DNA from: Salpingoeca rosetta
Lineage: Eukaryota > Protista > Choanoflagellata
Length of the DNA: 25,256 bases
Assembly (NCBI GenBank): GCA_033442325.1
Contig: JAWQFM010000029.1
Location: forward strand, 557,332-582,587
Reading direction: 5' to 3'
Part shown: one piece after another, positions 1 to 10,400 of the stretch
How the letters are laid out: every line of letters starts with the position of its first letter
How positions within the stretch are numbered: position 1 is the stretch's first letter
Made by a program: the position numbers and the translations under genes
Notes under the pieces: generated by a model
Seen by the model: only the letters and a program-made list of their open reading frames with translations
The model's database searches: none
Told to the model about the DNA's origin: nothing

Positions 1-255
1 TTTGCACTCGGGGAGTTGCTTGCAGGCAGGTGTGCGAGGTAAGAGCAATTTTGAAATTGCGCGGGGGGAGTGCTGGTGTTGCGACAGCATTTAGTGTGGG
101 CGGTGGGTGGGTGACGAATATTGGTTTTACATTCGTGGCGTCGTATGTGCGAAAGCAACATTGCTGCAACATTCGGGGTGTCGTTTGGATGTGGCTTGTT
201 TTGCTTGCAGGCAAGATGAAAGATAATTGACCACAGGCTCTTGTGCGTAGCTTAC

Positions 256-395
256 ACTTGGTGGATACAACTCGTCGGCGATGTCGTGAGTTGACCTGTT
301 GCTTGTCACGCTTTGTCCCACAAACACGGGTTCCTCTTGTTTGTGTGGGAAAGTGCTCGTGCCGTTGGCAAAAATGACAGGGTGATGACGTGACC
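256..395 (-). CDS. Possible internal exon of an unidentified divergently transcribed gene running off the left edge
   Basis: On the - strand, a ctgcag acceptor (398-396) and a gtaag donor (255-251) bracket 140 nt open in one frame (SRHHPVIFANGTSTFPHKQEEPVFVGQSVTSNRSTHDIADELYPPS). No recognisable homology. Confidence 0.25.
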
Positions 396-722
396 CTGCA
401 GAGTTGTCCGCCTTTGTTTATGTTGTGGATATGAGCATTGCTGAGATGAGTTTGCCTTGTTGTTTTGTGTGCTTTCTGACGTGAAAAGTGCTAACACGTT
501 GTTTGCAGCAACCAGTGTGCCGTGTTGCAACTTCATTAGCATCCCCCGTTCCAGTCGGTGCCGTCACCAAACATGCACCGTTTTCAAGCACAGCCGGTAT
601 GGCTGGCTAAGACTTGAGGTGTGGCCTTCGCACTTTCCCGCACCACCCGCGTCGACGATATCTCAGCATCAGCAGTACATTCAGCGACGACAGTACCAAA
701 CCAACGCAGCAAGGCCACAACC

Positions 723-800
723 ATGAGGTTTGTTGTGGTTGCAGTGTTTGTCGCTGCCACTTGTTGTTGTTGTTGTTGTTTTCCCCCCTCTGCCACAGCG
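723..800 (+). other. Signal peptide of gene 1
   Basis: MRFVVVAVFVAATCCCCCCFPPSATA/ADV: basic n-region, hydrophobic h-region and an A-x-A cleavage motif. Confidence 0.75.
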
Positions 801-2604
801 GCAGACGTCCCTGTCGACACAACAACAACCAACGCCGACACCGACACCACCAACACCGACACCGACAAGCCCGTGCCGCTCAGCTTTGGGGACTTCTTCA
901 CTGGCGACCGGGATGTGTTCTTTGACTCCGTGTATCAGCATGAGACGCTGATTGACCACCGGCCCACGCCGGACGCCTTCACGCCGCGGCTGCGCCAGAT
1001 CACAACGCCACTGAACCAAGTGCAGTCATTGTGCCACGCCTTTGAGCAGCAAGACAAGCAGAGCGGCGGCTTCCACGTACGTGTTTGTGTTAGTGTTTTT
1101 GTTGTGTTGATGTGTGTGTTTGTGTGTGTGTGTTAGTGTTTGTGTTTGTGTTAGTGTTTGTGTGTGTGTCTGTGCTGGTCTTGCCTCCTCCCCTTGCCCT
1201 TGGCCTTGTGCGTTGCCTTTGTGTGTTTGTAATACACGTCATGCTTTCAGCGCTCTTGCCTCCTCCCCTTGCCCTTGGCCTTGTGCGTTGCCTTCCTCAA
1301 TCACGACTTTGACCTCGACCTTCATTCCCTCACACATGCACACGTACACACACGTACACACATGTACACACACACACACACAACGTACACATGATCCACA
1401 GATCAAGGAGCAAGGCGAGACGCGGCAGGTGTCGTCATGCAAGCAGATGGAGGACGAGCTGGCTGCCGGCGCTGGTTTGCTCATCCGCTACGAGGACCTC
1501 GTGGACTCCCCCGCCCAGGACCACGTCAAGCAGCTGCAGGACGGCGTGCGCGACGTGTTTGGCACAGAGTCCACCGTCCACCTGTACCACGCCACGCAGA
1601 ACGAGTCGCGCGCCCTCATGCCGCACACAGACCCCTACGACGTCCTTGTCATCCAGCTCCACGGCTCAAAGCGCTGGACAACCTGCATCCCAGACGCATA
1701 CGTCTCCGACACCGACACCAACAACGACGGCAGTGGCACCAACGCAGAGGACGACGACAACGCCAACACCGGCACTGGCGACCACGGTGCTTCTGCTTCT
1801 GCTTCTGCGTCGTCTTCCTTCCCAAGCCGCCATGGCACACGCGCACGCCCAAGTGAGGCAGAGACCATCAAGCACTTCAACCCTGCGCAGCTGGGCCAGC
1901 TGCAGGAGATCCGGCGCCAGAGGCAGCAGGGGTGCACGGCGTACCAGGACGCAGACCTGCGTGGCATGCGCTGCAACGAGTTCACGCTGCGTGCCGGTGA
2001 CACCATGTACATGCCCAAGGGGATCATCCACTTTGCGCTGTCGGGCGAGGAGGGCTCGTCACATCTCACCATCTCGCTGGAGCGCAAGGGCCTGGCGTGG
2101 GCCGATGCGCTCATGCACGCGGCGCTCTCTGGCGCGGACATTGTGGACAACCCGGCGTTCCTTGGCCACTGGAAGAACACGGTGCAGTCGCTCATCAGCG
2201 ACTACCGCGGCGTGCAGCTGCTGGAGGCCATGCCATCCTGGCACCTCAACACGGGTGCGCTGTGTGCAGCGCGTGGACAGGAACAACAGCAGCAGCTGCA
2301 GCAGCACGGTGATGGCAGTGCAGCTGGCGGCGAGCGGGATGAGGCGAAGGCGTTTTTGGCGTCGTTCCAGTCGCTGTGTCGCGAGGTTGGACCCGATGTG
2401 CTTGAGACGTACACCAAGGCAAACGACCTGGACGCGTTCCTGAATGCAGACGGCATTGGCGCGCTTGTTGAGCGCGTGTGCAGCGAGGAGTCGGCCGCCG
2501 CTGTTGTGGAGCAGCTGTGCGCACGCGGCAAAATGCCCGTGGACGTGACGTCGCCCCGCTTCCGCAAGATGCACGTGCCGCAGATGGTGCGCAACGTGTG
2601 CATT

Positions 2605-2642
<38 letters not shown>

Positions 2643-5547
2643 ATGTGCGATGTGTTTGCCTGCTATGTTCATTACTTCATGATAGCTCTGACGTTGTTGG
2701 CATGGCCCTGCGCTGATGTGTGCGACCTTGTCCCGGTGACAACAGTGACCCACCGCACGCGCCTTCGCACTCATTAACCCTCATGAACACACACGCACAC
2801 ACACGCACACATTCATACACACGTACTCTCACGCACACACACACACACACACACACTCGCATTGTCCATCACAGGAGCGTGTGCGTCGTGCAACTGTGAC
2901 GGCCGCATACACCTGCAACACTGGCTGCGATGAAAGCTGTGACACGTAAGGAACCACTTGTGCTGCATATGCCTGGCACTTGCGCTCATGACTCGGAATG
3001 CACAGCCCAACTTTATCATACACACATACACACACTCTCACCACTTGCTCGCGTCTTGTCACTTATTACCAGATCAAGCTGCAACCTTGGATGCGACGGT
3101 GGCTGCGCAAGTGGATGTGACTCCGGCTGCACCAGCTGCGACACTGGCTGCGACATCTGTTATTCAAATTGCAACACGGGCTGCGACGTGACCACGTGAG
3201 CGTAATGCCATGCGGGAGCAATTGAAGTGATGTGCTTGATGTCCTTGACTCCTTGCATCGGTTGCATATTCTGTGGTGCATATGTGTACGCCCTCACTCA
3301 TTCCCTTACGTCCGCTTTCACTGCACTGTCATCTCAGGTGTACTGGAAGCTGTGACACCGGCTGTGACATTTGCACCACCGGCTGTGACAGCCTGTGCGA
3401 TGACAGTTGCAACACGGGCTGTGATACTGGCTGTACCCTCAGCTGCGACACGGGTTGCGACACCGGCTGTAACACTGGTTGCGACTGGAGTTGTGACAGG
3501 TGCGGGGCAACTCAAGTTTTCTTTGTTGTTTGTGGTGTGCTTTGAGAATTCAATGCATCCTTATGGCCTCGCATGCGGTGACCACCCGTCTGAAGACTCT
3601 CATCTTAATGCATGTTTGCAGTTCTTGTGATACAGGGTGTAATGGCAGTTGCGACAGCTATTGCGGGAGCTGTGACAGGTTTGTTCTGTTGATCTCCCTG
3701 CTTTCGTCCTTTGTGCTTGTGGTCAATACGTCACATCAAGTCTGTTTCTACTCACCTGACGATGGCTCTGATGTACTCAACAGCTCGTGCGACAGCAGCT
3801 GCGACTTCGCGGGCTTTAGCTGCGACTCCAGTTGTGACAGTTCTTGTGATGACACACGTACGAACTTCAAACTAAGCTAGCATGCCTTGACGCTTGAGAC
3901 TCCACGTGGCGCAGTGATGTTATCCTCACATTCCTTTCTTGCTTACTTCTTTCTCGTCTTGCGACACTTTGTGATGACATAGCTTGCAGCTGTGATACTT
4001 GCTACACTGGTTGCGACAGCAGCTGTGATGGGTGCGACGCAAGCTGCACGACTGGGTGTGATGATAGTTGTGATACATGCACCACGGGATGTGATGACAG
4101 CTGCACCTCAGGCTGCGATGGAAGCTGTGACGGAGGTACGTGAACCATTGCAGTCATGATGATGTGTGACAACAACGAAGACGCGCCTGCAAAGTCAAAA
4201 TGTGGGTGTTCATGCGACAAATCACGCCTGACGTTCACGATTGCTCACCTGAACCACCATGCCCTACTGTGCTGTGCTGTGTGCTGTGCTGTGCTGTGCT
4301 GTGCTGTGCTTTAGGGTGCAACCTGGGCTGCGATGACAGCTGCGACAGCTCGTGCACACAGTCAAGCTGCGATACGGGATGTACAACCGACTGCAACGGT
4401 GGCTGCGACACGGGCTGCGACGGTCCATGCAACACGTAAGTTGGCGAAACAGGTGGTGCTCGCGTTGTTTCCATGGTGGATTGTCTGTGAGCGACACAGA
4501 CCACTGGTGGCTGCTTGTGGCAGCTCAGCCCTTGTGAAATCGTTTTTGCGCCCTTTCGTTGGTATTCATCACTGTTGCAATCCTGTGCTGTATGCATTGT
4601 GCTCGTTGAACAGGGGATGTGATGACAACTGCAACACGAGCTGTGATGAGTGCACGTACAGCAGCTGCGACAGTTCATGTGACGGATCGTGCTCGTGCAA
4701 CCCGGGCTACTACGGCAGTGGCACGTCGTGCACTGCATGTGGCCCCAACACGTACAGCGCCAGCAGCGGCCAGAGCTCGTGCACACCGTGCGGCTCCTGC
4801 GGCTCAAACCAGTACCGCGTCAACTGCGGCGGTAGCAATGATGGTTCGTGCACGTCGTGTGGGTCGTGCCCTGCAGGCTCTGAGCGCACGGGCTGCAGCG
4901 GCACCAGCGCAGGCACGTGCTCGCCGTGTGACTCGGGGTGAGTGCACGACATGGCACGTGCAATGTCGCGCGTGCAACTGAATGCAGAGGCATGTGCGTG
5001 TATGGGCGTGTATGCACTTGTGTGTGCATGTGTGTGTGCGTGCAAGTGCAAGTGTATTCTATTCATGTGTCTCAATATGTGCGTTCGCTTGTGTTATCGG
5101 GTGCGTGACCTCACACAAGGACACACCGTCTTGCTTGCATGCATGTAACGTTGTGTTGCTGCTTTCTTGTCGTTGCAGGACATACAAGACGTCACAGAAC
5201 AACCAGCCGTGCAGCCCGTGCGGGTCGTGTGCGGCCGGGTACTACCTCGCCGGGTGCGGCGGTTCCAGCGCTGGCGAGTGCGTCGGCGTGCAGTGCAACA
5301 CGCCACCGAGCGTGAGCCATGGCAGCGTGTCCTCGCTAAGCAACAACGGGCGGTATCCCAGCACAGCGACATACACGTGCGCGCCAGGGTACATGCTGGC
5401 CAGCTCCAGCGACAACAAGCTGCAGTGCCAGACAGACAAGACGTGGGCCGGGACGATGCCGCGGTGCATTGGCGTGCCGTGCCCGGGGATCAGCATTGCC
5501 CACGGCAGCGTGTCACCGTCAGGCACCATCCGTCATCCATCCACAGC

Positions 5548-5629
<82 letters not shown>

Positions 5630-7455
5630 TTGTGTGTGGGTATGGTGGTGCTGCCCGTGACATGTTGTGTGCATGTGAGACGGGCGTACAGTTGGATTGT
5701 GTCTCCTTGTCTCATACACTCATCATCATCATCACGTGTCCCTCCGTCCCCCCTTGTGCGTGCGTGCGTTTTCTTTTTTTGTGTGCAGGGTTTTCGTGCA
5801 ACACTGGGTACGTGCTGATGGGAGCGACATCTGCGCAGTGCCAGGCGGACGGCACGTGGTCGTCGCCCGCACCGACATGTGTTGGGCGGCTGTGCACCCT
5901 GCTGGACACCCCGAACCACGGCAGCGTCTCGTACACAAACAGCCGGCAGTACCCGTCCACAGCTACATACACGTGCCAGGCTGGGTATGAGCTGAGCGAC
6001 ACGGGGGATGCGCAGCGCAGCTGCATTGCCAGCACGGGCGGATTTGGCGGCACGGCGCCGTCGTGTGTGGGGGTGCTATGCAAACCACTGAGCGACCCGC
6101 AGAACGGGCACCTGCGCCTGAGCTCGACGCCAGCGCGGTACCCGGCGACGGCGGAGTTCTCGTGCGTGCCCGGATACGAGCTTGTTGGGCAGGAGCAGCT
6201 GTCGTGCAAGACGGACAAGACGTGGTCTGCGCCTGCGCCGACGTGCCGTGGAGTGCTGTGCACGGCGCCGAGCATTGACCACGCGCAGGTGTCGGCGACA
6301 TCTGGGCGGTACCCTGCTGATGCGAGCGTGACGTGTGCACCTGGGTATGGGCTGGTTGGCGCGTCGACGCTGTCGTGCCGCACGGACGGGACGTGGGGCG
6401 AGCTGCCCTCGTGCCAGCTGTGCCCGGCCAACTCGTATGCGCCGTCGCCGACACAGCCGTGTGCTTCGTGCCCTTCTGGCACGTCGACCAACGGGCAGAC
6501 GGGTGCGACCAAGTGCGAGTGCATTGCTGGACACGAGCCCAGCGGCGACGGAAGCACCTGCGTTCCCTGCCAAGGTGAGATGATGACGCAAGTGCGGGTG
6601 TGCATGTTGGAGAAGGATCTGTGTTGCTGTGAGGTAATGGCCCATGTTGCAGCGACACAGCGACGTCCTTGTGCTTGCATGCACTCGCACCTGATGTTGT
6701 CTCACATGTTCCCTGTATGCCTCACGCCCAATGCGCCCAATTGCGTGCTTGTGCGAACATCATCATCACCACCATCATCATCACCGCTGCGTGCCAGCCA
6801 ACCACTTCAAACCGGACTTTGGCTCCGTGTCGTGCCAGCCATGCCAATCTGGGTTCCAGACTGAGAACGGCGACTTTACCCGCTGCGTCGGTGTCCCTTG
6901 CGACCCCGTGCGAGACGTGAGTCTTCTCCATGCATGTGTGTGTGTGTGTGTGCATGCACGTTAGGCTGTGGGGTGCATGGAGAAGTCCAGGTGCATGTTT
7001 CGGTTGCATGCAGGCAAGCACGTTGCCTGCAGGCAAGCGAGACATGCAAGGGTGTGTGGTTATTCATTGTGCTACACTTGACCGTCCTCACATTTTGTGT
7101 GCGTGTGCCCTTGTGTACTGCACGTCCCTCCCAACCCCATGCAGATTGAGAACGGCGACCCAGAGAACACCATGATGCACCGGTACCCGGCCACTGTGTC
7201 GTATGAGTGCGACACGGGGTTCCAGCTTGTTGGCGATGTCAGTTCCATCACCTGCCAGACAGATGGCACGTGGTCTGCGCTTCCCTCCTGCACCTACATC
7301 TGCGGCGATGGTACGGCAATGTTGTCCTTGCTTGCGTACCCATGTTTGGTGTGTGTGCTTGTGTGTGCGTATATATTGTCCACAGGCAAGTGACAAGCTT
7401 ATCTCGACACACACCCATCACATCCATCATGTCCACCCCACATCTCCCACCAGTT

Positions 7456-7494
<39 letters not shown>

Positions 7495-10400
7495 GCACAC
7501 ACACACGCACGCACAAGCGCACAAGCACGTCTATATTCTGCTTGCTGTTTCACCGTTGCTCGCAATTCAACTCCGTCTGCCCCTCACATGTGTTGCTCGC
7601 TTGCGTTCGTCCAACACTGCTGGCACGTGTGCATGTGCATGCAACTAGGCCTCGTTGTTGACGGGGAGGAGTGCGACGACGGCAACACAGACGATGGCGA
7701 TGGCTGCTCGTCCACGTGCCAGCTGGAGGATACACACGCGTGCGTGGACCCTGGCGAGGCGTGCGTGTACTGCAACTTCACGTCGCGGCCGGAGCGGCTG
7801 GTGCTTGCGTGCGACGACCCCATGCTGGACACAAAGGTGCAGACGTGGGCAGACGCAACCGGCAACGCAGAGGTGCTGGACCACGAGCACTGCGGCGACC
7901 CCTCGCTGTCGTACGTTGCGGGGAAGCCGCGCGGCACGGTGCCGGGGTGCTACCGCAGCGTGTACGAGTTCATGGTTGCGTTCAACGGCGGCAAGGTGAT
8001 GGAGACGGCGACGGGCGTGGTGCGCGTGTACGACGACACCAAGCCGACGTTCCAAGGCCTGCCGTCATCCACAACAGCAGACTGCCACAGCGTCCCCTCG
8101 TTTGCGGATGTGTCGGCATCGGACACGTGCATGGCGTCGTCGCCCGCAGTGAGCAAGCAGGAGGTGCGGACAGACGGGGCGTGCCCGTACGCATACACGC
8201 TGACGCGGACGTGGAACACGCAGGACGCGTGCGGCAACGAGAACGCGGCGACGCAGGTTGTGACGGTGCAGGACGTGACCAAGCCGACGTTCACCACGCG
8301 GCCCACAGACCGGGTGCTGGAGTGCTCTGCGGACGTGGACGCGGACATTGAGGCGCTGCGCATGAAGCACGTGGACGCGGCAGCATCGGACCTGTGCTCC
8401 GACACGCTGTTGTTTGAGACGGTTGAGACAGCGCGGGACCTGAGCGGGTGCGGCGGCACGGGCCAGGTGTCGCTGAAGGTGACGGTGACCGACGAGTGCG
8501 GCAACCCGCAGGAGGAGACGGTGACCGTCGACGTGGTGGACAAGACAGCCCCAGTGCCCGTGAACGTGCCTGCGGATGTGACGGTGGAGTGCTCTGCGAT
8601 CCCGCCCATTGCAGATGACGTGCATGCGAGGGACGCGTGCGGGCTGCGGCGCGTGAATGCGACGGCGAGCGAGGAGCGGCAGGACGGGCCGTGCCCGCAC
8701 AGCTACGACCTGCTTCGCACATTCACGTTTGTGGACGCGTGCGACAACCCGGTGAGCAGGACGCAGCGGGTGACGGTGCAGGACACGACGGGCCCCGTCA
8801 TCACGCGGGACGCCGACGACCTGGAGCTGGAGTGCAGCGCAGAGCGCAACGACGACACGATTGCGGCGTGGCTGGCGGTGAACGGCGGCGCGCAGGCCAT
8901 GGACGCGTGCAGCGGCGTGCACACGCTGACGTGGACGCACGACTACGACCCGCAGTACTACGAGGTGTTCCCTGGCGGCTGCAGCGTGGGCACGGGCCAG
9001 GTGCTGGTGACGTTCACGGTTGCGGACGAGTGCGGGCGCACCAGCACGGTGAACGGCAGCATCAAGATTGTGGATACGCGGGAGCCCGCGTTTGTTGCGC
9101 CGCTGCCGCCGCTGACGGGGGCGTGCGACGCGGTGCCGCAGGCGACGGTGCCGCAGGCGTACGACAACTGCACGGGGGAGGTGACACCGACGCAGACGAC
9201 GACGCGGATGGACGGCGACTGCCCACACCAGTACCACCTGATCCACTCGTGGGTTGCGGAGGACGAGTGCGGCTGGACAACGACGACGCAGCAGACGGTG
9301 ACGGTGACGGACGCTGCGGCGCCCACCATCACCAAGCAGAGCGCAGACAGGACGGTGGAGTGCTCGGTGGCGGACAACGAGGCGCGGCTGGATGCATTCC
9401 TGGCGGAGCACGGCGGCGCGCAGGCGACGGAGGTGTGCGGCGGCGTGACGTGGCTGTACTCTGACGTGGACACGGTGCTGGATGTGGCGCAGGGCGCGTC
9501 TGGGGACGTTGTGGCGCAGGACGGGTGCGGGACGACGTTCACGGCGACGGCGCACTTCTATGCTGTTGACGAGTGCAGCAACGCGGCGAAGACGACGGCG
9601 ACGTTCACTGTGCAGGACACGCTGGCGCCCGTGCTTGACACGCCGCCGGCGGCGTCGATTGACGCGTCGTGCGATGCGGTGCCCGCGCTGAGCAACATCA
9701 GCGCAACGGACATGTGCGCGGGCGCGCTGGTGGCTGTTGCCAGCGAGGAGCGGCTGGACGGGCGGTGCACGCACACGTACACGCTGTCGCGGACGTGGAT
9801 GGTGCAGGACCCGTGCGGGCACATGACAACCAAGTCGCAGCTGGTGCACGTGGACGACAGCGCGGAGCCCGTGATCACCAAGGAGGCGGAGGACCTGGTT
9901 GTGGAGTGCAACGCGGAGACGGACAGCGTGATTGCGGCGTGGCTGGAGGCGCACGGCAACGCGGCGGCGGCAGACGCGTGCGACCGGGAGCTGACGTGGC
10001 AGCACGACTTTGAGAGCGTCAAGTACCTGCTGCAGTACGGGTGCGGGTCGAACGCGGTGAACGTGACGTTCACGGTGATGGACGACTGCGGCAACGCGGC
10101 TGAGACGCAGGCGCGTGTGGTTGTGCAGGACACGACGGCGCCGTTCTTCACGCAGCTGCCGAGCGACGACCGCGCGGAGTGCGACCCGACGACAAACCAG
10201 AACACGCTGGATGCGTTCCTGGCGACGTACGGCGGCGCGCGGGCGTCTGACGTGTGCGGCAGCGTGGTTGGGCAGGACGTGGCGTGGTCGTACGTGGTGG
10301 ACCTGCAGACGGTGTGCGGCAACGCGTACGACAGCGTGGTGACGTTTACGGCGACGGACCACTGCGGCAACAACGTGAGCGCGACGGCGACAATGGCGTT

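Noticed and set aside
621-722. Upstream extension of the first ORF (track start 621)
   Set aside because: It begins at GTG. ATG 723 gives a clean signal peptide and is the first in-frame ATG.
2914-4690. Metallothionein, insect antifreeze protein or selenoprotein interpretation of the Cys array
   Set aside because: It is embedded in a secreted multidomain protein, lacks the Lys-rich CxC/CC pattern and the TxT 12-mer periodicity, and the frequent tgtga strings are TGT-GAy codons, not in-frame TGA.
8065-10362. 765-aa antisense ORF and other long overlapping ORFs
   Set aside because: Shadows of a GC-rich, codon-biased sense exon; Arg/His/Val-rich with no motifs.
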